Shown piece after piece: positions 15,506 to 28,890 of a DNA stretch of 64,000 nucleotides (position 1 is its first letter; each line of letters begins with the position of its first letter). Source of the DNA: Octopus sinensis (taxonomy: Eukaryota); the NCBI RefSeq assembly GCF_006345805.1, contig NC_042998.1, positions 201,934,001 through 201,998,000 on the forward strand, written 5' to 3'. A program made the position numbers and the translations under genes. The notes below the pieces were generated by a model that did no database searches, had not been told where the DNA came from, and saw only the letters and a list, made by a program, of their open reading frames with translations.

Positions 15506-15773
15506 GTTGTATTTGGAGATAGTTATGTTGCCAGTTTAGCCAATGGAAACACGTTCTATATGTTTGGTGTTCACTTGCTTAGGCTTTATTTCACTTTAAT
15601 TGTATTTCGGTCAGTGTTCTTTCGTCACACTTCTGTAACCTCATACAGTGCGACGAAAGAACTCTGACCGCCTAAATACAATTAATATGAAATAAACCTG
15701 AAGCAAGTGAGCACCAGATATATAGTACGCATTTTCATTGGCTAGAGTGGCAATATTACCATCCCCAAATTCA

Positions 15774-15775
<2 letters not shown>
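15506..15775. mobile_element. ~270 bp fully palindromic MITE; a half copy lies at about 22985-23110
   Basis: cggtcagtgttctttcgtcacac pairs with gtgcgacgaaagaactctgaccg. Pairing continues outward through tggtgttcacttgc/gcaagtgagcacca to gttgtatttgg/ccaaattcaac. Confidence 0.8.
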
Positions 15776-15809
<34 letters not shown>

Positions 15810-15886
15810 GAGAGAGAGGAGAGGCAGACAGATGGACAGATAGATAGATGGACGGACAGACAGACATACAGATAGATAGATATATG

Positions 15887-15964
<78 letters not shown>

Positions 15965-16553
15965 CAGGTAAAGAAAGACAGATCGGGAGTTTTGATGCAA
16001 GGGAGAATGGAATGAGAGCTTAGTAATTAAGAGTCCATGTTGCGTATTTAATGACTTAGAAATTTCCATCTGTTCTCGGAAATCTCGCCTCTTGAGTTAT
16101 TTATATACGTTTTCACCTGAAGAATTATCTATAACTCTATACCTGTCTATCTATCTATCTATCTATCTATCTTCCTTTTCTTTTTTTCTTTTTATTTTTT
16201 ATTTTTTATTTTATTTATTTATTTGTTTTGTTCTTTTCTTCCCTTTTACCATCCCTCTTGATCGAAAACCTACGCCACCCCTTTTTTTGTTTCTTTTGTT
16301 TTTTGTTTTTTTCATCCTCCAAAAGAAAAGCTCTACCTTGTAACTTGTCCCATCTGTGTGAAGCCCTGTGTGGCCAATAAAGAAACTTATCTATTTCTCT
16401 CTCTACCTATCCGTGTATCTGTATATAGACGTGTGCTTGTGTGAGCGTGAGTGTGTGCGGAAGTTTGTGTAGGTGAATGTGTGTGGTTGCATTTATTTGC
16501 TATGCATATATATATATATATATATATTTTTAGATGTATACACAAACATACTT

Positions 16554-16585
<32 letters not shown>

Positions 16586-16611
16586 CTTATATATGTATAC
16601 ACAAACATACT

Positions 16612-16643
<32 letters not shown>

Positions 16644-18248
16644 TGTATGTATGTATGTATGTGTGTGTGTATAGAAATTTGGCGTCTGAGTGATATATCT
16701 TTGAAATTATAATAAATTGTGTATATATATTATATTTTGACAATTGCTGACAAATAATGACAATACAATATGAGTCTTCGCTATATTTTTTTAGATTCAT
16801 ATCTATTATTCCAGTCAAAGTTTAACATCTGAATAGCAAACCATAGTTCTAAAATGATTAATGTCTGTCGCTGTCTCAGTCTCTCTTTCTCGCAGAAACA
16901 CATATACATGCAGTATATATGAGACCCATGTCTATATCATATATTGTCTGTGATAATATAATTAGATTCTTCATTTGAATAATGCCACAATCCAGTTATG
17001 AACTTTATGAGCGCAATGGGTTATTTAGAAATCAAATATATTTTTACGTAACGACTTATATCAACAGCGATCACCAGGCTGTATGACCCCTGAGTATTAT
17101 TAAAGGACGAAACCCGGCTGTTATTCACCTAACAGCTAGCAGGTGGTGTATCCCATATTGTATAAATATACAAAACACTGATATAACGGATTATAGACTC
17201 ATACACAGAGAGGCTCCGTTCATTTTGTTTCGTTTGTTTGATCCCCATGCTAACTAAACCGTTTCTTGACTCCGGAATATTTCGATCATATCTACCTTTG
17301 ACTCAGAACGACATTTTTCTCCTAGAAGACTTACAATAGCATTTATACTATATGATCATTGCTTAATTTGAGGGTGTGATGAGTTGTTATTTTCTGCGAG
17401 TAATGTGATAGACAAGGTTCTCGCAAATGGAATAATATAATTGTTTCTAGCTAAAGTAGTATATTTCAAACTAAAGTTTTGATTGCTCGGAGTGGATGCC
17501 ATGAAATTGGTCACAGTACAAAAATGTTACTTTAAATTAGAGACCATAAAAGGACGAAAGGCAAAACTTTCCACGCCACGATTTAAGTGTACACCACAAA
17601 AAACTCTGATTAAATGCCATCTTTTTACGCCCTGAGGCAATTTTGAATTCCATCATATAACGCTGTATATTTGTATATCACGATTATGCTGTATAGTATA
17701 TACGTTATAATAAAAATACTAAAATATTTTCCTACACTATAAATGCTAACAGGTAATTTGAAGACCACCTTCATTTATTCGGCACAAACCATGAACATCA
17801 ACACAAATAAAATGCTAACCACTAGATATTTTACTAACAAATATTCAACAGAAAGATGCGAGGTTGTGTAATAGCACAATCAACGTCTGTAGCATTGAAC
17901 GTAGTTTAGAATAGAATTATCCAGTTTAAGTAATACATTTCGCTATAATAAATATCTCAAATTGTAAGTATATAAAGAGTAGCTGAGAGAGACTATTTTA
18001 CGAAGTATAGTATTAAGATTCCAATATATGCGAGATAGTGAAGCAAATTACAAAGCATTTATGTATTATTTGTGTGAATGTGTATATGAGTTTGTGTAAA
18101 AATATACACACCTATGTAAACGTTCATATTTATATGCAGTTAGGTAAATATATATATATGTATGTGTGTATATATAAAAATATATATATATATGCGTTTG
18201 TGTGTATGTGTACACGCACACACATACGAACACACAGAAAGAGACAGC

Positions 18249-18281
<33 letters not shown>

Positions 18282-18779
18282 GTGTAGATATTGTATTTCA
18301 AACTGTGTGTACATTTTATATATTGCTTTAAATTTTACATATTATATATCAGTTTTTAATAATTCTTATTTTGTTTTACTCTTTTCTCTTTATGATAAAT
18401 GGATTAGGGGTGGATGGAGCTCCTTTGTGTACCCAAGTCAGGGCCAAGGCCGTATATCTAGGAAGTCTATCTGCTTTCTAGTTAGCCTTTGAATAAGCAA
18501 AGTCTAGGAGGTGCTCATTCTGATATAAAGGCAAAGACTGAAAATGCACCCAATGATGTGGACTTGCTCTTCTTTTTGGATCATGCTTTGTAGTTTAGAG
18601 TGTGTGAATGGTTTATGTACAAAACTTTTCCTCGCTTTAAAAAGCATGAAGCACAGGTATTGCTGTTGAGGAAAAGGAAATGATCGTCTTGTATGTACAT
18701 TGCTGGCCGAAGCCTTAAAAACGCACATCTAAACAATAAAAGTTGATATTGATACTGAAGCAAATAACAAAAAGGATTC

Positions 18780-21665
18780 TGCAACAGTTAGTTCTGTGGC
18801 TTGTCTCAGCAGGTGTAACAGAGCAAAGCAGCCTGGATCCGCTTGTCATCCTGCAACTGTGACTAAATTCAGGTTAAGATGTACGGCTATGAATATAGGA
18901 TGTTGGAATGTTTATTAGACTTTATTAGATAATGATTGTCTGAATGTTCGTCCAAAGAGAAGATACGCACTTGTTGCGAAAGAGTTACAGCGACATGATA
19001 TGGATGTTGTAGCATTAGCCGAAACAAGAATTCATACAAAAAAAAAATTTGTAGAAAAATCTGCTGGATATCATTTATTTCGGAACGCTTGAGAAGAGAT
19101 CTATAAGCGACACTCATGAGTAGAATTTCCAATCAAAACCACTCTGGTGAAAAATATTTGTGGTCATCCTGATTGTGTGATGTCTTTAATTCTTCCGTTA
19201 AAAAAATGCTTCTATGCAACTCTTAGAAGTACATATGCTCCAACTATGAATTCATCATATGATGATAAACTTGCTTTCTAACTATCACTTACAGAGATTA
19301 TATGCAGTATCCCTCGTGATGACAGAGTTGTCAACTTAAGTGATATTAATGCTCGCGTTGGTGACAATTGGGAGACCTGGGGCGGCTTAAGAAGGCATTA
19401 GATGGGGAGTTCCAACAGTAATGGTTTACTACTATTAAAAATGTGCGTAAATATTTATTTGTGTCTCAAGAACACAATGTTTCAACTAAAAAAGAAGTAT
19501 AAAATTATATGGATGCACACCCTGGTTCTAAGAAATGGTATATTATAGATTACGTTCTCACTAGGACACGAGATACTAGATACTTTGCTATTGTACGTGT
19601 GATGCGTAATGCAGAGTGCTGGACTGAATATAGGTTTTTGTTTGCTAAGGTGAATTTTGGTGTCAAGCCTAGGGTTAGAGAAGATAATGACAAGTTACTT
19701 AAACGGAATAATGTCAATAAGCTTAAGATAATATCAGTACACAATGAGTTTGTGAGTGAGATAGTTAATTTGTCCTGTGATGTAATTTAGAAATCATATT
19801 CTTGATAAAATATCTTGGAGGCCAACGGAACATCTTTTAACAGACATTCCAAACCTGGCTGAAATTGAACAGTGGAAAGACCCCTGCTATGGATTGACTA
19901 GATTCAGGGATATATAAATATATATTCAGAGAGTTTGACATAGTGAAGAACTTCCTCCGGATTGGCGTGATGCAACAAAATAGATACTGTATAAATGAAA
20001 AGGTGGAAAGAATGCCTGTAAAAATTATGGCGGCATCTGTCTGTTAGCTGTTGCTGGAGAGGTCCTTTGTAGGGTATGCTGGACAGATTGCTTCTGCGCA
20101 TTACTATTGAAGTTCTACCAAAATTGCAATGTGGGTTTAAGGATTGTAGGGGTACTATGGATATAATATTGTCAGCTAGACAGCTGCAAGAGAAGTGCAT
20201 CACACAGCATATGGACTTATAACAGATTGTCATTGTCCTAACGAAAGCGTTTTATTCTGTCAATAGAGTTGACAGAAGGCCCTGAAAAAATTGTGAGAAT
20301 GCTTAAACAGTTTCATGACAAGATGGAAGTCAGAGTTAATGTTGGAATTACCTTATCAGAGCCAATTTCTTTACAATATGATGTAAAACAAGGTAATATT
20401 ACTGCTCCTACTACATTGTTTGCTATGTATTTTGCAATTGTCTTTCAAATAGCTTTTGAGGTCTGCACTGAAGGGGTCCATATAAGTTATACGACAATGG
20501 AAAAAAAACTGTTCAGTTCCAAATGACTCTATGCCAAAACGAATGTCTAGCATTCCAACCTCACTAAGTTACTGCATGCAAATGATTGAGACCTGTTTGC
20601 ACATTAGCAGAAAGATATGCATCGCAAGCTGAATGCGATTTCTGCAGCATGTGCAGCATTGGGTCTAACGATGAATCTAAAAAATGTACCAGTCTGCTCC
20701 CTCCAAGATGTATGTGGACCCTTTTATAACTATGAATGTTCAAATGTTGGAGACTGTGTCTAGATTCATTTATTTAGCAAGTAAATTGAGCCCAGCTGGC
20801 CTTGATGATGAAGTTTCATATAGAATCAGCATGGCTAGTAATGATATTGTTAGGCTTGATATGTGTCTGTGGACACGACGTAATATATTTTCACAAATTA
20901 AAGTTAAGGTATATAACATGTGCGTCCCACAATCTTTGCTATGTGGAAATGAGGCATGGGTTATTTAGCTTAGGTATGTAAGGCAACTGGAACGATACCA
21001 TCTATAATGAGAAAAATTTGGTGGCTAACGTGGAAAATAGTCATTAGTAATGTGAAGGTGGTTGAGAGGATTGGCAGTAGTATTATAAAGTTAATGATCC
21101 TGAAAAGACTTTTCAGGTGGAGCGGGACATATGGTAAGGATAAACGATAAGAGACTGCCCAAGCAACTACTGTATGGTGATCTGGAAGACGGCAGGAGAC
21201 CAGCGCTTAAACCTAAACTAAGGTTTAAGGATTGCCTTTAAAATGCTCTCATATAGACAGGAATTACAGTTGGTTATTTGGGAGAGAGAGGCAGAAGACC
21301 GGGATGGATCGTGGAAGACAGTGCCTAGTGGTTGTTTGAAGAGAGAGAAGTGTTAGAGAAGTAAGAGGGGGCTTAGAAGGAAGGAAACTGTGGAGAGTGA
21401 GGGAGTGTTGATTTGTGGGACTGTTTGGGATTTTGGGAGGAGGTATTTGAGTCGTGCAGGTCTGGTTAGCCATCAGAAATCTCACAGGAATCGGCCGATG
21501 ATAAACGGTGATGTGGTTATTAGAATTCACAACAGAATTTGTGCAAAATGTGCAATGGTACGCCTCTCAGTTGGAGGTATGAAAAGACATTTTAAGAGAG
21601 TGCAAATGGTGGCACCTATTTCTCCTGCCGGCTGGACAGTTGTCCAGTATGTAATAAAATGAGTA
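18780..21665 (+). mobile_element. Near full-length decayed RTE-clade LINE (APE endonuclease, RT, C-terminal zinc-finger-like region)
   Basis: MNIGCWNV at 18889, DVVALAETR, HPGSKKWYIIDYVLTR, QCGFKDCRGTMDIILSARQLQEKC, YDVKQGNITAPTTLF, LDDEVSYRISMAS, RLPKQLLYGDL..KPKLRFKDCL. Many stops and frameshifts. Confidence 0.92.
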
Positions 21666-21781
21666 AAACTTTGGCTGGGCTTAACAGTCAAATAAGAGCA
21701 TCACATGGCATCAATAATGACTCATTTCGGTAAGACATTTTGGCAATGGCTTTTCTCGTACACACACATACACACACATTA

Positions 21782-22040
21782 TTATTCTGTAATTTGTCTG
21801 ATTGTTGCATCCGTTCTATATGTGGAGTACTTAAGAAGGAAAGAGCTCATCGATTGTGTACCAACACGCCGAGCAGGAACACAGGGGGTCAATCAACAAC
21901 ATAGAGGTTAAAACCTTGTTCACACATAGAACAGATGCAACAATCAGACAAATTACAGAAGATACACACATAATAGAAGATAAACCTAGCCTCAATAGGA
22001 AACTGGAATGGAACACTAGCACACACCACAACATATGACA
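21782..22040 (+). mobile_element. 3' tip of a Penelope-like element with a short inverted 5' duplication
   Basis: The ORF 21856-22038 (HAEQEHRGSINNIEVKTLFTHRTDATIRQITEDTHIIEDKPSLNRKLEW) aligns with the GIY-YIG C-terminus at 28090-28244. About 21783-21822 is the reverse complement of about 21923-21960. Confidence 0.75.
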
Positions 22041-22265
22041 GAAGAGTATCCCCATAAACTGGTTACAATAGAAACAAAACCGAAAACATAATAAATAAAA
22101 TACACAGATAAATAAACAAATAGAAATAAATAACTTTTTTAATTTAAAAGATTGTTTTTTTTTTAATTTAAAAGATTGTTTTTAATTTTTAAAATTTGTT
22201 TTTTAATTCATTAATTTTTTTAATGTTTTATTATTATTATTATTGTTATTACTAGTATTGGTGTT

Positions 22266-22715
22266 ATACATACATACATACATACATACATACATACATA
22301 CATACATACATACATACATACATACATACACACATACATACATACATACATACCTACATACATACCAACATACATACATACATACATACATACATACATA
22401 CATACATACATACCTACATACATACATACATACATACATACATACATACATACCTACATACATACATACATACATACATACATACATACATACATACATA
22501 CATACATACTACATACACACATACATACATACATACATACATACATACATACATACATACATACCTACATACATACCTACATACATACATACATACATAC
22601 ATACATACCTACATACATACATACATACATACATACCTACATACATACATACATACATACATACATACCTACATACATACATACACACACACACATACAT
22701 ACATACATACATACA
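22266..22715. repeat. ~450 bp (ACAT)n microsatellite with ACCT/ACAC variants
   Basis: Directly visible. Source of the YIHT/MYVC pseudo-ORFs. Confidence 0.95.
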
Positions 22716-23198
22716 AGCATACGTAATAATAATAATAATGATAATAATAATAAGTGGATAAAATAAACAAAAACGAAAACAAATTACACGAACGTATATA
22801 AACAGAAGATACAAATATGACAGGCATTCCCCCACACATACATACACACTGTCTAAACATAGACGCGCATAGAGATATACGCATGCGCAAATGAAGACAC
22901 ATACAATAGAAATACAAAATGGCTGACGGTTAGTAAGGATAGACATAAATAAGAAAAAAGAAAGCAAAGGACCAATGTTGCGGTCACAGGAGTGTGACGA
23001 AAGAACTCTGGCCGAAATAAGATTAAGATTAATGTAAAAAATAAATAACACTGAAGCAGAGTAACACCAAATATATAGTGCGTGTGTTTTTATTGGCTAA
23101 ACAGGCAAAGTGACCATTCCTATATAGAGCAATATATTTATATATGTATAATATATATATACATATATTTATTAATGTATGTATGCATATATACATAT

Positions 23199-23488
23199 AT
23201 CACGTGACCGACCAGACCATCAGATGTTGTTACACATCGCTGGTCACAATGCGTTCGCATTGTTTTCGCCTTCGAATGACGCCACCCCGCTGGCTAAGCG
23301 AGCAGGCCAACTGAAGAAAGAGTGAGAGAAAGAGTGGTGAAGGAGTACAGCAGGGATCACCACCCCCTGCCGGAGCCTCACGGAGCTTTTGGGTGTCTTC
23401 ACTCAATAAACACACACAACGCCCGGTCTGGGAATCGAAACCGCGATCCCACGACCGCTCCCCTAACCACTAGGTCATTGCGCCTCCA
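23199..23488 (-). mobile_element. tRNA-derived SINE, third family, tail variant A
   Basis: The minus strand starts ggaggcgcaatgacctagtggttaggg..gcggtttcgattccc (A/B boxes). Its body is shared with 28535-28890 and 39281-39637. Confidence 0.88.
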
Positions 23489-23515
23489 CATATACATATA
23501 TATACATATACATAC

Positions 23516-23548
<33 letters not shown>

Positions 23549-24121
23549 CATAAGAATGAATGTTTTTATATATAATGAACGTGAAATACAGGAAGGGACG
23601 AACACGGAACACAGACAAATCATTCGAAGCCTTCAATCTTCAGTCAGACACCGAATCATCATAGCAAATTTCGGCTGTTCAATTCTGATATTTGCTCCAA
23701 CTCGGCCAGCCCCAAGAAAAAAAACTAAGCTGTAAGCATTAGATTTCTTGGTAGAAGACAGGAATGTGAACGCACAAGACGGATGTGAATACAAGAGACG
23801 AAAACGAAATTGAAAACAGTAATGAAAAACAAAACATATATAACGGTGGTTGTCATACGACTTTAGACCAAATGAGACAAAACAACAACATAGCAGCTGG
23901 CGTAGAAATAATTACCGTTTCGGTAGCGGGGACACATGTTGGTCGAGATACGAAGGCCAACAGAATGGTTGAAGAAGCAGCAAGTCGCAGGAGAGAGAGA
24001 AAGAGAGACAGAGAGAGAGGGAATCAAAGAGGGTGGAAGGCAGGGGACAGAATCAGTGACCAATACATATATACATGTATACATATGCATACATATATAT
24101 ATATATATATATAATATATAT

Positions 24122-24167
<46 letters not shown>

Positions 24168-24173
24168 GGATAT

Positions 24174-24240
<67 letters not shown>

Positions 24241-25313
24241 TAGATATGTATAGATATATAGATATATATATATATATTATATGCGATTCGACATGGGAAC
24301 AACATATCGCTTCTCTTTCTAATTTTCAGATTCGATGCCCATTGAAACCAGTCAATACATCTCGGTCTACGGCGTGTGTGTCACCCTAAAATTCCTCATT
24401 ACTCGCTACCTGAGAAGGGCCAGCACATTTCCTATCACTAACCTTAACTTTACTCCCCATGTGCACTATTGCTACACACCTTTTATACCTGTTTCTCCCC
24501 CTCCGACACCACTGCCATATATCATCCTTATTACTTTACGTTCTTTTCTTCCATATGTTATATTCTCTGTTTGTTACATTCTTTTATGCATTACTTTGTA
24601 AATAGTAAATTCACTTTCCTTCCACCGTGATTTTGATTTCTAATGTTTGGTTTTACCACAGTTTTCTACAGCGCACGTTCCTACTCAAATCTCTTTTGGA
24701 GCCAAGTGTCCTCCGTATGGAGGAAAAGTAAAAAAAATATCTTTTTTAATATTATTGTTGCTTTTGTAAAATCTCAGAAAATATTTAGAAATTCACATTT
24801 TTGTCAAATTATTTTGTTATATTTGTCTCTCTATCCAACTGTAAACATTTTAAATATTTCACTAACTTTTTGTTATAACTTGGCAAAAGGGTACATATTT
24901 TGCCAAAAATTGCTAAATTTGTTCCCACAGTCTTCTTTATCCACAACCAGAATCGTAGACTTCACTATTCTTGGACAATCCATCAAATTCCCCGGATTTT
25001 CAATCAAGCATGTAACATTTTTTCAAGTATCTTTTTTTTCTTATCAGTCCTAGAGGACAGGCACTTTATTTTCCAACACGTGGAAATTTGTATCAAGTTC
25101 CTTTGAACTTCTATGCATCATACTTTAAAAAATGTTCCATTTACCATTTCTCCAACATTTCTAAACACATTACATCAAGCCTCTCCAGATTTTTCGCCAG
25201 CGTTTTGCAATCTAATATATAACTTCTCTTCACTCACACAAAACCTAAGTTTCCTACTACTCTCACCCCCTCTCTCTCTCTCTTGTCTCTCTCTCTCTGT
25301 CTCTCTGTCTCTC

Positions 25314-25345
<32 letters not shown>

Positions 25346-25346
25346 T

Positions 25347-25401
<55 letters not shown>

Positions 25402-25402
<1 letters not shown>

Positions 25403-26092
25403 CATTATATATAAGGGCTTAGTAAAATAAATTACTTTGCCACATACTGAACTCATTAGAAATAGCAGCTAAAGAAATTTCTTCAGCTATTTCTATACTT
25501 AAAGAAGATCTCTCTCAGATAGTGTTGCCTAAACCAACTCACAAAGGTATGGGGGAAAAAACATTAAAAATCAAGTGCAAAGGTTATTTGAGAACGTACG
25601 TTTCTAGATTAGTCAATTCGACATTCTTTCGTCAGCTCAGAATTCCTTGAATCGGATTGGGAACACTGAAAGTCGGGAGCATACCCTTTCGGCTTCTCAT
25701 CAGCCGAAAGGGTATGCTCCCGACTTTCAGTGTTCCCAAATCCGATTCAAGGAATTCTGAGCTGACGAAAGAAATGTCGAATTGACTATCTAGAAACGTA
25801 CGTTCTCAAATAACCTTTGCACTTGATTTTTTTTAATGTTTTTTTCCCCCATACCTTTGTGAGTTGGTTAGCAAACACTATCTGAGAGAGATCTTCTTTA
25901 AGTATTAGAAATAGCTGAAGAATTTCTTTAGCTGCTATTCTAATGAGTTCAGTATGTGGCAAAGTAATTTTTTTACTAAGCCCTTATATATAATGTAATA
26001 TTTTGAATTCGCCTAAAATGGTCCCTTTACATACTGAATACTTGGTGAAATTGATTAATAATTAATTAATTTTACCCTCAATTGTTGATATG
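25402..26092 (+). mobile_element. (TA)n-flanked non-coding element with ~293 bp fold-back arms and an HHR motif in each arm
   Basis: Arms 25402-25694 and 25702-25996 are near-perfect reverse complements around the 7-nt loop tctcatc. The right copy continues to about 26092 (..ttttaccctcaattgttgata) and then (TA)n. Confidence 0.9.
25758..25808 (+). ncRNA. Minimal type I hammerhead ribozyme motif; mirror copy on - at about 25588-25638
   Basis: tgag-CTGACGA-[imperfect stem II, gtc/gac and aga/tct]-GAAAC-gtac-GTT-ctca. Stem I is TGAG/CTCA, and the stem III loop GTAC is palindromic. Confidence 0.7.
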
Positions 26093-26124
26093 ATATATAT
26101 ATATATATATATATATCTATATAT

Positions 26125-26156
<32 letters not shown>

Positions 26157-26539
26157 ATACATAATATATATATATATATATATATATCTTAATCTCAGTC
26201 ACTCTATTTTTCTCTCTGGTAGCTTTTAACAGTGCTTTTTATGGTAATTCGTTTTCTCCTACTTCTCTACTCTCCCAGAACTCGGAGATTTCCTTTTATT
26301 TTCGCTTCTTTGATTTCATACCTTCATTTCAAGCAAAAGTGTGTCTCACTCATACATTTGCATAATTTTCAACCTCACCTTCCACGTTCCTTTTCCTTTT
26401 GCCTGACTCTTTCATGCGCTCAGACTTCTTCACACCAGCGCTCTCTTCACACTGCACAAGAATCTAAACATCATTCTTCCATATGCTCACAGAATACTCG
26501 CATACCCTCCAATACTTGCACAAAATCTTTGCACGTTTG

Positions 26540-28244
26540 TGAACGTTTTCCGACGACCCAACATACAAATCCGGAAAAATGCCATCTATATCGCAGAAAG
26601 TAAACAAACATATTAACGAAGAAATTCTCAAGGAAGTAAAAGAATCAACAATAAATGTTCCAACCTAATAGAAAAACTAAGCAAATTCCAGGATTTCCAG
26701 CAAAACACGATAGAAAAGAGGAAGAGAATTATTTGACAAACACTCAATACACAAACAACATTGAAGTTGTTTGCAAAAATATCCAGGCAAACGTCCAAAC
26801 ATGTTGAGTAGAATATAATTCACATCGTGCAAGAATATCCGCAAATAATCCCAAGTCATCTCTCCAAAAGAGAGACGGACGCGATATATTTGGTTTAAAA
26901 TCTCTCATAAGGATATTTAAATTGTGGAATATATTCAGAAACAAGAAGAAAGCAGAAAATTTCAAACACTATATAACCTAAATACAATTGACCTTACTGG
27001 ATAAAAGTACACATCAAACCGACACCCGAAGAACCAGAACAACAGATAATTGTATGTCAAATATTATGTGGAGCTAGAAAGCAAAGTGATATTGAGACTT
27101 ATAGAATACACTAACGAATAAATATACAATGTCAGAGACCAACAACTGAAACTGGAAATTTCAAAAGGGGAAAATCGACCAAAAACTGCAAGATTGAGAT
27201 GATAGTGTCTAGAAACAAGAATGGGAAAGCGATGAACTGATTTCTTTACATAGAAATGAAACAAACGAACAGTGGCTCACCTCGTATGAAGAACAATTCA
27301 GTAAAGAATACGCAACAAACCTAGACCGACTCTTAAAGAACAGGATAATCAAAAATCTCTACTGCGACCCTTACTCTCTAACAACAGAGATAGACTAACA
27401 AATGGGTAAAACAGGATCTCAACACAAAAGTACGACGGTAATTTCGGACAAGAATTGTCAAATCATATGGAACAATCGTATAAAATTAGTAGGAAAAAAT
27501 ACCCTGCACTCAAACATACTGCAATAATTTCACAGGAAGCCAACATCACATGATATGAAATAATTTTAGAGGACATAAAAAAATGCACAACTAAATGAAG
27601 AACAATAATTTCGAACGACACCAAGATTGCAGGATAAGGAAAACATTCAGAAAACACAATAACATGTTGAATGCTGAAATACGCTGAAATTATACAAACA
27701 ATAATTTTAAAAAAAGCAAGGAGATTCTAAACAAACGTGACTCCAATCGTAAGAACTGATTTTTAGACATAAACCAGAAAGACAGAGACACAAGCTAGCT
27801 TCCACGGATTAAAGTAGTAGAAAAGCCTAGTGCCCCTATAAACTCCCAGACCTGTAAAACCTATCCCTTCCATAAGTCCCCATGTAAGGAGAACAGTTGT
27901 ATTGTATGCAGGAAGAACCGAAGGGTTAACTGTAAGGTTAGGAGTAGTGTATAGTATATAGCTTACGATGTCCTGAGGGACGGTGCAAAAGCATGATAAC
28001 TACTTACATTGGAGACACAGCACGCAGCATAGGAAAACATATAGGTGAGCACTGGTGAGAGGTCAAAGAAGCGAAATGCTCGGCAGTGGTCCATTAACAT
28101 GCTCAAGCAGAACATAGATACTCAGTCAATAGCATAACGGTCAAAGTATTATCAACGCATAGAACTGATACGACACTTAGACAGTTCGGAGACGCCGCAC
28201 TCAGAGCAATAGGCAGACCGAGCCTCAAACGAAAGCACGAATGA
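26540..28244 (+). mobile_element. Decayed, internally deleted Penelope-like element (RT remnants plus GIY-YIG endonuclease)
   Basis: 27860-28244 translates PCKENSCIVC..NCKVRSSV*YIAYDVLRGRCKSMITTYIGDTARSIGKHIGEH..HAQAEH..RPSLKRKHE*. FHRKPTS upstream resembles the PLE RT YRKPT motif. The 5' boundary is uncertain. Confidence 0.75.
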
Positions 28245-28534
28245 AACAACAACACCCACTGCGACATAACACAACATGGTGACGAAAGACTAAAGATTGA
28301 AGGGAGAAACATAAGAAAAAGTCTTATACAAACAGCGTAATAAACATACAATAGACATATATGCATATACCTATGATAAATATAAGAAAAAATTAGAAAC
28401 GAAAGAAATCTGTATGAAGAGAACGGATACAAAGAACATAGGAAGCGAACTCATATAGACACACAAACACACATACGGTTACAACAATTTCAACAACACG
28501 ACTAATAGCAATGGCAACAACAGCAACAGCAAGT

Positions 28535-28890
28535 GGAGGCCCAATGGCCCAATGGTTAGGGCAGCGGACTCGCGGTCGGAGGATCGCGGTTTCGATCGTT
28601 GTGTGTGTTTATTGAGCGAAAACACCTAAAGTTCCACGAGGCTCCGACAGAGGGTGGTGGCGACCCCTGTTGTACTCTTTCGCTCAAACTTACCCTCACT
28701 CTTTCTTTCTGTTTCTTGTACCCGACTTCCTACGCAACCGCTGAGCCTGGATGCGCATTCATCCTTCCGTCGACGCTCCCGGTGTCGGGGGTTGACCTGT
28801 TTTCTCTTCTGCGGGTCTTACGAATAGCAAAGGACCACGTTTCGGACTTATCCCATTTTGCGAGCTCTGGGACGAAAACCGTTCGCTCAC
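28535..28890 (+). mobile_element. tRNA-derived SINE, third family, tail variant B, inside a (CAGCAA)n tract
   Basis: Head ggaggcccaatggcccaatggttagggcagcggactcgcgg..gcggtttcgat. Both flanks are cagcaacagcaa-type repeats. Confidence 0.88.

Noticed and set aside
23615-23650. HHR at the minus-strand CTGAAGA-ttgaaggcttc-GAAT
   Set aside because: No credible stem II, GAAA is incomplete, and no stem I is evident.
24305-24316. U2 snRNA 5' end (atcgcttctc)
   Set aside because: The match stops after 10 nt and the rest of U2 is absent.
24620-25260. Possible further decayed PLE ORF on the minus strand (DIFFTFPPYGG)
   Set aside because: Only one weak motif among many stops, which is not enough to call.
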